From the NCBI GenBank assembly GCA_049999805.1, contig JBNGIO010006142.1, positions 113,493 through 159,314 of the forward strand: a DNA stretch of 45,822 nt. The letters are read 5' to 3'. The stretch comes from Folioceros fuciformis (taxonomy: Eukaryota). The translations under genes were made by a program, and so were the position numbers. The notes beneath the pieces were generated by a model. That model did not search any database, was not told where the DNA came from, and saw nothing but the letters and a program-made list of their open reading frames with translations. Positions 23,559 to 36,876 of the stretch are shown piece by piece. Each line of letters begins with the position of its first letter. The first letter of the stretch is position 1.

Positions 23559-26500
23559 CTACAAAAACTGCTGTAACCAGCCATTATCCTTGGCATCCTC
23601 ATCCAAAGCTGCTTTCAGTTTTGCTACCTCTTGTACTGCCTTCTCGGGATCCATTTTGTCGAGCGGTAAAGCGGCGAAATCTTGTAAGAATTTTTTAGCC
23701 CGTTGGGAGCTTAGTGTAATTTCATCACGACTGCAGACACGCTTTCGCTTCGAGCCAGCCTGTGAACAGCGTCAACAGACGTGATTCGTTAATACATTGA
23801 ATTTCTGACGACCTTTCATGAAAGCCAGATGTCGTCTTACCCCAAATACCATCTCATCATCCTTAGCTTGTGCAGTGTGATCGCGGGAAAAATTTTCAAG
23901 CTCGGCAGCTTTTGCTCTGGCAACAGCCAGCACTGCCTCTGGAAAATGAGCGTACTCAGCAACATGTATACCAAAACTTCGGTCGCAAGCCCCTTCCTCC
24001 ACCTGCCCACGAGAAACAACCGACATGAAACTACCAGATGTCCTTGCACATGTTTGAATCGTCTGTCAAAATTGGAATCAAATAGTACCTTATACAGCAT
24101 GACTAACTTCCCGGATTTTTCGTCTATCTCAGCTGTGACATGGTAGTTAGCCACACCTGAAGGTTGACTTAGAAATTGTTCTTCTGGATTGGCCATAGCA
24201 GTCAGTTCGTGAAAATGAGTTGCGAATAACGTGGGTGCTCGAGTCACCTCCACTATGTATTCACAAATAGCCCTCGCTAACCCTGTAGGTACACGCATCC
24301 ATTAAACTAGTGGAGCAGGAAACTTGTGCCGGAAAATATTTCGCTGAACGCATTCAAATAAAATAAGTCAACCTGATCAAGGACTTACCATATCCATCGT
24401 ACGTGGAAGTACCCCGACCGAGCTCATCGATAATGATCAAGGATCTGTCAGTAGCTGTTTTCAGAATTGCAGCTGTTTCCAGCATTTCTGCCATGAAGGT
24501 TGAAACTCCCCTCAGCTGCATCATCGGCACTACATAAGGAACTCCTGCACTTCTGCAGATGCGACTGCATCACGAAAAACAAGATTTTGCTGCACTCCTT
24601 TATCATGGACAAGCATTCGAATCTAGGATCATGGGTGCACCTGACAGTCCCCTGCTCCAACTCGAGCAAAGACACAATCACGGATGCTAATATCTGCACT
24701 TTCACAGGGCACAAAGCAGCCAACCTGAGCCAGTAAGACATTTACTCCAACCTGAAACACAAGACCAACAGTGGGGTCAGAAAATTGACTGCTTTACACA
24801 TCGTGACATTGCTGTTAAATCAGAACCCAGTAGGCTAACCTGACGAATGAATGTGGATTTACCGCCCATATTTGGACCTGTAACAATCTGAAACCAGCTC
24901 TTGCCCCTGACCTGTAGAAAGGGTACTAACAAACTTTATTTCCAGCACAAATGACGAAGCTGAAACTGATTACCATACAGGAATTGGAGAGGAAAAAAAT
25001 GTACCAAACAACAGTCATTGGGAATGAAGTTAACAGTTTCCTGTGCCTCAACACAGGGATGGCGACTACCTCTCAAAACAATGTCTCCTTCACTCTGCAA
25101 AATCCCAGAAAGGGTTAGCAGATAGTTCGCAGATAATGGGCAAAAGCAAATTTCACATCGCACAGTTTCACGTACCCCCAAAGTCATGGATGGCCGAGTA
25201 TATGGCGTCGGACTAGAAACGGCAAGGTCAGAAAAACTCAAGAGCACATCCATGTCGGCTAAAAGCGATGCAACGCCCTCAAATACCTGTACGCTTGAGT
25301 GTGTTAATCGAAGTGACTATATGCAAAAAAAAAAAGTTACGTCACCCAATCTGGCCAGAGCTCTCGGCCGAAGTGAGCGAGGAAAAACAGAAACTTGTAT
25401 GGACATATTATCAAAAGTCCTACAGGATATTACAACCTAACCAAACGGACCACAACAATGAGGCATTTGAAACAGCCAGCACGCTTGCCTTGCCATACAT
25501 CACAGTAGGAGTAGAATTAATGCACTCACTTCCACAAAAGTAGCTGCCACTTCGACCACCTTGTTTACAAGCTCTCGCTGGCGACTTGCATACTCCTCAG
25601 TCATTTGAGTGAACTGCTCACTTAGCCGTCTCAACTTTGAGCTTGTGAACTTTATACCATCCTTTCGCGTCTCCAGGGTAATATACTGAGAGCTAAGTTT
25701 TTTACGCACTTTCACCTCCTCCTTCTTGGTTATTCTCAAGACATAACCCCACTGAGAAGTTTTGTCCAACTTCAGCGTCTTTTCCGCTGAAAGATCCAGA
25801 TCATCGGCTGCTTGTTTGTGCACTGCCTGGATCTGACTTTCCACCTTATCTCTGGCTGCCTTCAGGTCCTGCAAACTGCTGTCATATCCTGGAGCTATCA
25901 TGTATTCACCCATTTCAAGTTGCTCTAAGTCAACAGCTGCCTCAACAAGGCCATCATACTTCCCAAGATGGTCAGGAGCAGTCCACACTTCCAGAGCTTC
26001 TGTGTAGCGCTTTTGCAAGTGTGACTGAAATTCACCTTCATAGTGGCTGAGCACATCCTTGATGAATGGCAACCTTATGCTTGCCTGTCCAAATGAAAGA
26101 CAGTGATAAGCCTTCAAGGAGACGAGATCAAACACCAATCCCTTTGGAACAAAGCTGGCACAAAACGCTGCAAAACACAAGCATCGCAATCCGACAGCAA
26201 AGGCACAACCAGGTAGCAGATTCACCTGGTAGAGCTTTACAACATCTTGCAGGCTAGCTTTCCGTCTCTCAATTTTCCGTATTAGCCGTTCAATGTCAGG
26301 AATCCGTTTTAGGTGTTGTCGCAGGTCCTGTCTCAGATCATTAGCCTCCACAAAGGCCTGCACTGTATCCAATCTCGAGAGAATGTCTTCAAGGTTCACT
26401 AGGGGTTGCTTTAACCAGTTCCTCAAGAGACGCTTCCCCATTCCTAAAGTGCACGTTCGGTTCATCAAACCGAATAAGCTGAAATACTTATTCACATCTG

Positions 26501-27880
26501 TCTTGCTCTCAAACACATTCAGCGCTCGCAAAGCAGCAGCATCCAGACGCATGTAAGTGTTGAGGCTGTATTGCTGGAAGACATACTTTCCATGATTGCT
26601 GTCATCAGAAAGTAGTTCCATGTATGCAATCAGAGCGGCAAGAGCTGTGCGTGCAACCACAGAACTATCCGCTATGTCTTTTCGCTGCTCCACAGGACCT
26701 TTCACTAGGCGGGTAAGATCCTGCTCCAAATCTTTGGCTTTGAACTGATTTCGCTTCCTTTCTGTCAGCAGTACGTTGCAACGTACTACAAGATCCTCCA
26801 GCTTCTTGCCTGCTAAATAGTTATTGTTGTCCTGGAGGGCAACACATTCTCTGCAGCCTAGTCCCACCATGGCTGACTCTAGGTTTGTGAATTGATCATC
26901 GTCAATAAACTCAGTCATGCCTAGAGTCCTTTTCGTGGTGTCAACATATGCTATACCAATGGAACGCTCATTGTCCTGGATGGTTGCACAGACAGCCATG
27001 ACAACAGGCGAATCTTGCATTTCATTGTTTGCAAAGAGAATATCCTCAAAGCTTCCCAGCTTTCCTGGGGTTCCTGATTTGACTAGTTTCCAATTTGATC
27101 CGCTTCCTTCATAGAGCTCTACAGTGTGGTCAATCCTCTCCAGCAGCAAATCACGGACAATAGTCTCAAGCATGGTTCTGCTGATGCTGATGCATTGTAG
27201 ACTGTCCGAGCCACTTCCAAGCCGACGAAGGGCTGACGTAGTCTTATAGTATTCATTCGCAATGAAAACAGCTTCGTCCCCATGAGCTGTATAGTAATCC
27301 TAGAAAACGTCCAACAGGCGAGTAAAATGATGAGGAATGAGGTGGCTGGTGTAGTACCAGCAGCACATGCAAAGGCAAAGGAAAGCCAACAGACAAACTG
27401 AACAATGCTAAGGGAAAGGACAGCTAATGCTGCCCGAGCATTTGCCAATTTAAGAGCCAATTACATATGCTGTAGTACCATACCTTGCGATCAAAGAATC
27501 GAATGACTTGACAATCCTGAAACAACGATTGCAATAAACAGTAAGGCGGCAGACAGAACTACATTGCAATGGAACGAAATTTTCCGGAGCCAGAAATTCA
27601 AGGCTTGCCTCCGGAAGCTTTCGAAAAAACCCTATGAATCCTTGAGCTTGCTTGGAATCTGAGCACACGTCAAAGGTCGCTATTAGGAAAAAAAAAAATC
27701 CAACCAGACTGCAGCCACCTATTCCTAACAAGACCAGATATTGCAGCCAGCGTGAATCTCTCTCCGCTGCAAACAGGGCCCGAATCTAGCTCACAATTTC
27801 AATACTCAAGCATGCCCATACACAATGTAGTTCTCACCTAATTTCAGTTCAGGCAACTTCGCTGCCTCATCGGATTCCAT
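23559..27880 (-). CDS. MSH2: DNA mismatch repair protein MSH2, multi-exon
   Basis: LPELKLD.KQAQGF, RFFDRK-DYYTAHG, Walker [45 protein letters not shown]; ends WLQQFL*. Intron 2 (27517-27608) is GC-AG. Confidence 0.97.
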
Positions 27881-28132
27881 CGTCTCAAAGCTTCTGCCGA
27901 ACAAAATTGCGTTCGTGTAGGGGCCCGATTCGACTACTTAACCGTTGTTTGCAAACAGTCCAGTTTCTTAGCAGAGGATCTTCTCCACAACGCTGGCGGA
28001 TTCGCACTGGAAGTCTTCACTGGAGACTAGTGTTGTAACATTGCAGCTTCCTCCAAGGGATTTGCACTTCCTAAAGTTCACTTCCCAGCTCGCGCCATCC
28101 GACGTGCGTCTACCACAGAAGAGTGATGGAGC

Positions 28133-28144
28133 TTTGGCGCCAAA
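28133..28144. promoter_or_regulatory. Palindromic E2F-binding site TTTGGCGCCAAA
   Basis: Matches the plant E2F consensus WTTSSCSS on both strands; lies between the divergent MSH2 and ALG8 starts. Confidence 0.65.
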
Positions 28145-28368
28145 CAATGGCCGGTTCCTTTCTGCTCCCATCAAATCCATGACCCGGCCCGGTTTCAACT
28201 AACCGTGATGCACATATGTACGTACATACACATACATCAGTTCTCAACTTCTCCGTCGCCGTCTTCTCTCCTGCCACGACTGGAATGCCGTTCCGTGGTT
28301 TCATTCGTAGGTCTGTACGAGCACACATATACTCCGTATTACTCACACGTATGAGACGAGCCTAGGAA

Positions 28369-30302
28369 ATGGCGACGTCGACGACCATGGACAAGGTGGT
28401 GGGCAGAAGCTGGCATGATCTGCTACGCGTTGCAGCCTTTGCAACTTGCATCAAGCTGCTGCTGGTGCCCAGCTACCGCAGCACTGACTTTGAGGTGCAC
28501 CGGCACTGGCTTGCCATCACCCACTCTCTCCCTTTCAGACAGTGGTACAGCGATGAAAGCAGCGAGTGGACGCTGGATTACCCTCCCTTCTTTGCCTGGT
28601 TCGAGAAATTCCTGTCTGTGTTGGGGCGGCTGGTGGACCCCAAGATGGTCGACCTCTCACAGGGCTCAAATTATGCCACCGATGAGGTGATTCTTTTTCA
28701 GAGGATCACAGTGATGGCAGCTGACGTGGTTTTGTACTACGGTGTTTGGAAATGTACTCGGGTTCTGTCCGATCCGCAGAGAGCTCTCGTCTATGTGGCA
28801 GTGGTGCTGTCCCCAGGGCTCCTCATGGTGGATCATATCCACTTTCAGTATAATGGGTTCCTTTTAGGAATCCTGCTCACCTCGGTAGGGTTCTTGACGG
28901 AGGGAAATGATGTGGCCGGGGCCGTCTCATTTGCTGTACTGGTGTGCTTCAAGCATCTATTTGCAGTCGCTGGACCAGTGTATTTTGTCTACCTTCTCAG
29001 GCACTACTGCAGGGGAAGAAATAAGGTGTCAAGGTTCTTCACTCTGGGAGCAGCGGTATTGTCTGTTCTAGGAGCTGCTTTTGGGCCTTTTGCCTATCAC
29101 GGACAGGTACAGGATCCTGGCTTTCTGTCCCTTGTCTCTGACTCGAAAATCAGTTGTTTGCGGCAGGTTTGTATATTTTAGACCTGTCTTGAGCAGATTA
29201 TGTGCTGAATCTGAGGCTGTAGGATTTTCCCTGTGTTTTGTGTATTCATTGACCTGGACCCGACAGATTGCTCAAGTACTCAAAAGGCTCTTCCCTTTTG
29301 GCAGAGGACTATGTCATGCTTACTGGGCTCCTAACTTTTGGGCTCTCTACAACATGACGGACAAAGTGCTGGGTATTGCATTTCGTAAACTGGGGTTTCA
29401 TGTGCACAGTGCAACGGCAGGCTTGACAGGAGGGCTGGTTGGCGACTTCTCGCCTTATGCTGTACTGCCACAGGTTCTCATCGTCCGTTGTCATACGTGT
29501 TGATTCTTCGTGTCTGTAGCAACCTGCTTCAGACTATGCAGCTCAGGTAACAACTTTTTGTGCAGGTCACTCCAGCCATGACCATGATCCTGGTTCTTTT
29601 GGCAATGCTGCCTTGTCTGATCAGGATTTGGAGGCATCCTATCGAAACAGAAGTTGTTAGGTGGATAACCTATGCGTACAGCTGTGGTTTCATATTCGGC
29701 TGGCATGTGCATGAAAAGGCATCCCTTCACATAGTTATACCTTTCAGCCTGATGGCTGTGAGGTCCGCCGGAGCTGCAGAGTCTTTCATCTTTCTATCCA
29801 CAGGTACGCCAACGCCCTTTCCCTTTCACTGGGAATACTGCCACTCTTCTTGCGGATAAACGTTTTTTGGTGTCGTTTTTGTGCTGCAGTATCGTACTAC
29901 TCCCTTTTCCCACTCCTCTTTGAAGCAAAAGAGTATCCTATCAAATTACTGCTTTTGGTTTTGCACACCTGGATCATCTGGCTTGCCTTCTCCAACTACT
30001 TCTCAACAAATTCAAGCCCCCATGGTGCCGATGCAAAAGATCGTGAAGCAGACGCTTCCAAAGAACCACAGCGGAACCTGGTTGACCCACAAGCCGGCAA
30101 GCTTGTGGGAACTTGTCAGCGTGCTTACCTTCTTGGCTTAATTGCGATTGAATGTTACAGCCAAGTGCTGCATCAGTTGTTGTTCAGGGAAAGATTGCCC
30201 TTCCTCCCTCTGATGCTCATTTCTGTGTACTGTAGCTTTGGCTTACTTTATTCTTGGGCAGAGCAGCTCTACGGTGTAGTCCGGTATCCGAAAGGCTATT
30301 AA
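28369..30302 (+). CDS. ALG8: Dol-P-Glc:Glc1Man9GlcNAc2-PP-Dol alpha-1,3-glucosyltransferase, 4 exons
   Basis: YRSTDFEVHRHWLAIT, WTLDYPPFFAWFE, VDHIHFQYNG, RLFPFGRGLCHAYWAPNFW, FGWHVHEKA, YYSLFPLLF; three GT-AG introns. Confidence 0.95.
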
Positions 30303-30692
30303 GTACTACTGCCTAATGCAGTAATCCTTTTTGGGGTAAACCATTGGGCAGAGACAAACCATGTCGCGGGGGCCTTTCTTTTAAGGTGCATCGCAGAGTC
30401 CGATCATTCGGATTCTGAGTTGCGGCGTTAGCTTCAAAGAATTCTCATTTTGCTTGCCGCAGGTCCAAGCGACAACGGAAGTGTCCTGGTTCAGTGTAGT
30501 GGAAACTGAACTTTGCGTTAAGTGTATGCATACCTGGTGGAACTTGTCGGTCGAATGATCAAACGTGTATAGTCAGGGTGAGTTTCTCCGGACTAGGCCA
30601 TGGCGTTGCTCGTTCGCGCATCGAACCTGCTGCAAGCTACATTGTTCGTATGTGAAAGCTCCCATTAAAAAGGAGACAGATTTGAAGCATTC

Positions 30693-32264
30693 ATGGCGGC
30701 CTTGTTCCGAGGTTGCTCCGCGCTGCTACTCCGCTTTCCTTCTGTTCCGTCATCTACAGCCTGGGATGTTTGCTCTCCCACCGCTGGTCGGGCGCCCCAC
30801 CGAAGTTGTGGTCGACTCGTGACGCCGTTAGTTTGGGAGTGGGGGGAATTGAGCAGGAGGTGGCAGGGCCATGCATTGCCTTGGAGCAGAATAGTGCAGG
30901 CGCGAAATAGACCTAGGGGCAGGCTGATTGCCACAGCTGTGGCTGCGGAGGAAAGGAGGCGCTACCCTCAGAATGAAGACTTCGCGCCGGTGCTTCCCAA
31001 GAGGAAGAAGAAGCCGTATCTGAATGGTGATAAGCCGCAGAGGCGCAAGCAGAAAGGCAGGATGATGGCGATACTGAAGAAAATGGCTCCGAACAACGGC
31101 CTTCTTGTGAAAAATCTCATCCCCGTTGCACACGATGTGATGATGGCTAGAGCTACCGTCGTGGAAGGTGTCACCAGGCTTCTGACGGTTCATTCTGTCA
31201 AGGCTTGCAGGTACTTAGAATGGAAAGTGGAGCACTTATGTTGTGAAGGATTCCTCTTTGGAAGTGGCTTGGAAAGCGTCTAACCCGGTCTCTTCAGGTT
31301 CTGTCCAGAGGTTCATGTTGGACCAATCGGACATCTGATCAAAGACTGTCAAGGCATCAAAGCCAGCCGCAGGAGCGGGCAGCATGAGTGGTGCGCAGGG
31401 GAGATTTCGGATGTCATTGCTCCCGTGGAGTCATATCACATGTTGGACAGGTTAGGTCGGCCGGTGTCGCATGACGAGAGGTTCGATGTGGAAAGAATTC
31501 CTGCAGTTGTGGAACTTTGCATCCAAGCTGGAGTTGAGTTGCCAGGGTATCCTACTGTTAGGAGGACGCAACCTGTCCGCAGCACCGAGAGGTACCGGAT
31601 GTTCGCACCTCCTCCACCCGAGTGGACTGACGAGGCTATCGGACAGTCACCTTTACGGGTGTTGGAAAGGTCTCCACCTTCGGGGGATGAGGATGCGCAT
31701 TGGGAGGAGGATGATTCTGGAAGCGACAATTCAGACGAAGAGGATCCCGAAGCTATGCTAAGTCAAGTGTCACAAGACTCTGCTGAAGACGACTCCCATT
31801 CCATATTTCTCTCTTGGACTGAAGCAGACAACATTGAGGACGAGGACGACGTTCGCACCATAGCAACCAAGACTCTCAGAGCTTGGGAGAAGATGAGGAG
31901 AGGATGCCAGAGACTCATGTCCAGGTACCGTGTGCGAGCATGTGGATACTGCCCCGAAGTCCAGGTCGGACCACGGGGCCACAAAGCAAGAAACTGCGGT
32001 GCATTCAAGCATCAGTGGAGAAACGGGCAACATGGATGGCAAGCAGCTAGCCTGGACGAGCTCATCCCGCCTAAGTATGTGTGGCATGTAGTTGACATGA
32101 AAAATCCACTCCTCACCAATCACTACCGCAAGTTCTATGGACAGACTCCTGCTGTGGTGGAACTCTGCGCACAAGCTGGAGCAGACATTCCCGACGAGTA
32201 CAAGCCCAAGCTCCGGCTTGATGTCGTAATTCCTGACTTGGAGGAGATGGACTTAGTGGTTTGA
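30693..32264 (+). CDS. APO-domain RNA-binding protein (APO1/APO2-like, organellar intron splicing), 2 exons
   Basis: Transit-like N-terminus, QNEDFAPVLPKRKKKPY, two APO motifs (ACR-FCPEVHVGPIGH...PAVVELCIQAG; ACGYCPEVQVGPRGH...PAVVELCAQAG); intron 31211-31298. Confidence 0.92.
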
Positions 32265-32929
32265 AGGGGCGTGGCGTGTAGTTTTTTTTCGTTTCGAGTA
32301 AAAGAACTCGACAACCATAGTATCAGACGTGAAGTATTGCTGGTCGCATGCCGGAACCTGGTGAAGGCATGTGGGTACCACTTGAAGTTGAAGCGCAGAT
32401 TGGAGGCCTGATATTGTTAATGAGAAAAGATAGTAGCGGGCTACTGTCGGTTGCCGGTTGGATTGCATGTCAATCGTCACCTACACCAAGAATGTGGTCG
32501 TCAAAAGAGAACTGGTGATAGCAGGTGGTTTGTATTCGTCCTGGCTCGAGCGGCGGGCCCATGGACCCACGGAAGCCACGAAGCTAGCAACCTTACTTCG
32601 CTCTTTCGCTTTGCGAGTTGTAACTTGTAATGAGTTTCGTTGCTTCCCCGTCTCTTTCCCCCCTGTAGCTCTGCAGCCTGCCTGTTGGGGAAGGCGGGAA
32701 GAACGAACACGCGGAAGCGTTGCGATCGCCGGCGGCAAATACAGAGGTGCGTGGGCACGGACATTGCGTGCATGAGAGGGAGAAGGTCGAGGCAGTGCGA
32801 GCAGTGGATTGGAGCTTGCTGTTTTAGTAGGGACTTCGAATCGAGGCGGGAGCATTTTGAGATCTGCGTCGCAGCTGGATCCAGGTCGGGAGGGCTTGTC
32901 TCTGCTTGATCTGGTGCTGGGGGGCAGCC

Positions 32930-35304
32930 ATGGGGAGTCGATACGACAGCAATCCCTTCGACGAAGACGAAGTGAACCCGTTTTCTGTGAGTGATGAGCT
33001 TAGGGCATTTCGTTTGAGACACGGGAGGCCGTGGAGTATGTCGAGTGACTCCGAGGTCATGTTCGTTGGCAGGATCCGGTTGTACGAGCACAGGCTGCGG
33101 GGAAGAGCAACCCGCCAGCGTATGGCGGACCTTTCTTCGAGGTTCGCTGGTGGCACCCGATCGTGATGGAGTAGGAGAGTTTTATTTTTTTTGGTAAGCT
33201 GTGAGTTATGGGACTCCCTGTGACAGGCGATTCTTTTTGTGACAGCAATCCAGGCTTGCTCCTCTGCCGCCGGAACCGGCATCTGTGAAAGATGTCAACA
33301 TCGATATACCTCTGGGAGGGAAAGTAAGTCCTTTCGACGACGTGTGGTTTTCTTGTGGGCTCGGTAGAAGTCGGCTACAAATGTCGGTTTTTCTTTTTGT
33401 TTTGAAGGGACAGGACATTAGACAAAAAGAACGCGAGTTGAAGGCCTGGGAGGACCAATTGAAGAAAAGGGAACAGGTTGGTTGGTTTGGTTGGTGACTG
33501 CTCTGAATCAGTAGGCTGGCAGAAGCAGCTTGCTGTAAATGTGCTTCAGGTTCATCAGGTCGTTGTTTTAGCCATACTCCTGCTTTCATGCCTTGGCTTT
33601 CGTTTAGGGGAGTAGGCTGAAGGCGAGGAAATTGGTGGACCAGTTTCTGAAGAGCTAACTAACCGCGGCGAGTCAAGTGACATATGAGTGGCATCTCCAT
33701 GCATATTCTAGCTGTGCATTAGCTTTGTCCAGGTGTGTGGTATTTGAGATTGATTCGATTCTGCTTGTTTTGTGATGCAGGACATCAAGCGCAGAGAAGA
33801 TGCGGCTGCTAAAGGTGATTTGCAGCCGCTTGGTTGTGGTTTCTTCTGTTCATGTCGTTCTGGTTCCCGTTCTGGTCGATAATGACTTTCCTGTTGTGCA
33901 GCTGGTATACTTCTCGAGTCGAAGAACTGGCCTCCATTTGTGTCAGTCATCCATCATGACATTGCTGCGGATATACCTGTTCACCTGCAAGGCGTAATGA
34001 AGGTGGCGTTTGCCAGCTGGCTTGGTGAGTGTTGCTTTTCAGCCCCATGTAAGGTTGGGCTAACTGATTGACAAGTTGACTGCCTTGCCTGCAGTTCCTT
34101 GGTAGGTCCTTTGTTGTGGGCTTGCTTCGGTAACCGGAGCATAGATTTCTCAACGGATGCTGATTGGTTGGTGTTATCTTTCTTTCTCAGGAATTATGTT
34201 GGCGCTTTTCTGGAATTTTATATCCCTGTCGGCAGCATGGATTGACAAAGGAGTCTGTAAGCATGGCCCAACTTATTCCAGTTGTTTTCTGAATGTTTTC
34301 TGACGTATGGTCGAATGTTTTGGATGCTGACTTGCCCAGTGGTTGGCAGCTGTGGGACCCTGGTTTCTGGCACTGATCTACCTTTTGGCGGGCCTTCCCG
34401 GCTCTTACATTTTGTGGTACCGGCCTCTATACCGCGCTATGAGGTTAGTGATTTTTTATGTCTGAGTGACTCAATTAGAAGAATCCCACTGGGCGGGAAT
34501 CTGTGGATAGCATCTGACTGCGGTACTTCCGTCGACAGAACCGAGAGTGCTCTGAGGTTTGGTTGGTTCTTCTTGTTCTACCTGGTGAGTGGGTCAATCA
34601 TCCTCTGGAATTGGACTTTCCTCCCTTTTCGTTGGTATTCCTAGATTGCCTGCTGGTTATCCGTGGAGGAGCTGTAAATGCCGATGACATTCCTTTCTAC
34701 TTCAGATCCATATCTCGTTCTGCATTTATGCCGCAGTTGCTCCTCCACTGATATTCAAAGGAAGGTCGCTAACGTAAGTGCACATCTTTTAAGTTTTGCC
34801 TGTTGCTAGAGCTTGTGTGATTTCGTCGTCGCTTCTGGAGATGTGTCAAGTTTAAGCGAAAGGGGAACTTTCTTGCAGGGGTGTGTTCCCAGCTATTGAC
34901 CTCCTGAATAAAAAACATCACACAGTTGTTGGGGTAAGTTTTATGTATACTCTCTGTAGATTGCAGTAGGAAGGACGTCAAGGGTGAGGCGCAGGGGTGA
35001 AATGGTGACCCCACTTGCTCAAGGCTTCCTGTCGTGGTTGTCTGCGCTTGTCCAGATATTCTACGCCGTAGGAATCATTCTGTTCAGTCTCGAGTCCGTC
35101 GTGAGCGTTTATGTGCTCAAGGTAAGTTTCTCAAACTCGGCTCCGTTCTGTCCTGTCCGTGACCGCGAGAAAACTGAGACGTTGGGTGCTCTTCAATCCT
35201 TCCAGCAAGTCTACGACTACTTCAGGGGCTCAGGAAAGGCAGCGGATCTGAAGCGACAGGCTGCACAGAGTGCTGCGCAGAATGCCATCAGGGCAGCTAT
35301 CTGA
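32930..35304 (+). CDS. SCAMP: Secretory carrier-associated membrane protein (SCAMP), multi-exon
   Basis: Two N-terminal NPF motifs ([16 protein letters not shown]), coiled coil [50 protein letters not shown]. Confidence 0.95.
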
Positions 35305-36876
35305 TGTACTTTCTCCCCCTCTTTCCGTCCATTTTCTTGGTGGGTAGTTCGCACGTCACAGGAAGCGAGGGCTGTTTTGATCGGAATTTTCCGCCTTGTA
35401 GAATGTTTGGTGATTTTTACGTTGTATCTACGTCCCTAGGTATAACTAAAGGAGGTGACCGCCTGCTGCCGGTTGCATTACACTGTTGTTACAAGTCCAT
35501 GTTTGTATGACAATGAGTGATTGCTCGTCTGGGTTTGAACCCTAGACCAGCTTGAGGGCACGGCTTCTCTGACGGCAATGTTAAATTTTACTAGTGTCCC
35601 TTGCCGGAAACTGTGTGGTCACGTACATATGTACATAAAGGGGAATTCCGATTAAGATGAGGATAAGCGCGAGGCGTTTGACGTGGAGGCCGCAACCTTT
35701 GGAAGTAGCCCATATCCGAGGTGGCGATGTCGCCGGCCAACTGGCCAGCACGAGACAAAAACGAGGAGACTGAAGAGAATCCCAGACAGAGCAAATACTG
35801 TACAGTAGAGTGCAAGTGAGAGAGTGTGTGTGGTGAGGTTATAGCGTTGTTGTCGTCCGAGAAGAGGGGGAGGCGAAGTCTGGCCTGCATGCAATTTGCT
35901 ACACGATCTGCCAGCCTCGAACTCCGGTAGCTTCGCCGCAAGCCAATGCAACTCGATTCCCACCCTGGGCTCATGGCTGGAGCCTTCTCCTGAGGCGGCG
36001 ACATGAGAAGCCCGGGTGTGGGAGGCAGGAAGCGCGGAGTGCTCATCTGGTGGGGATCCTGGTCTGGTTCCGGTGCCGGGTCGGGGTCCGGGTCCGCTCC
36101 CGTCGCCTGGTCTGCTCGCTCCTTTGCTTGCACTGTCCAGTCTGCGCCCGCGGTGACGGTGTGGCCGATTCCTTCCAGACAGGAGGCGTTGCCTCCCGCT
36201 GCGTCTGCGTCGACTTCGGCGTCGGCGTCGGAGGTACTGGAGCTGCCTGCTTGGCCTGCATTGGGACCTTCGATTCTGGCCAGGGAAGATGGAATTTGAT
36301 GGATTGCGCGCGTGGTGTGGCAGGCTAGTACGCCTCAGCGCAGCAGGAAATTACGCACAAGGCGCACACCTCGGGTGGGCACTGGTCCGAAGGTGCCGTG
36401 TCGGTTCCTCTTCCTACTTGGTGTGGCGTGTGACAGACAGTAGCGGGTCGGATTTGACATGAATCTGATATTGTGGCAGGTTCTCGACTCAATTAGCTCC
36501 TCATCTGCCGGCTTGTCGGTGGAATCCCGCATAGCCCAATCTGTTGGGCCGACCGGGAGCTGCCCGGAGCGAGCGACTGGGTCGAGGGGGAAGAAGCCGA
36601 TTTTCGTTGTCTACAGACTGCCGAACGGGCGCACGCGCGAGCTCGTCCCCAATTCTGCACAGTCTCAGCAGCATCTTCCTTCATACGCACAAGTGATAGC
36701 CTCTTCGCCCACTGGTTTCGTGAGGAAGAGATTGTCTCGCCTGCTTTGCAAATTAAGGTGTGTTACTCGGTTTTTCGAACGGATGTGACATTGGCATTGC
36801 ACAGTTTTCTTCGTCCAGGAGGAGCTTGTATCTCACTTGTCGCCTGCGTGGATCAGGCCCTTGATTCGCCAGCACC

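Noticed and set aside
8678-32264. Functional clustering of organellar expression genes (FLN1, rps12, uL15, APO) or replication/repair genes (RFC4, MSH2)
   Set aside because: Interspersed with unrelated housekeeping genes; expected by chance in a gene-dense region.
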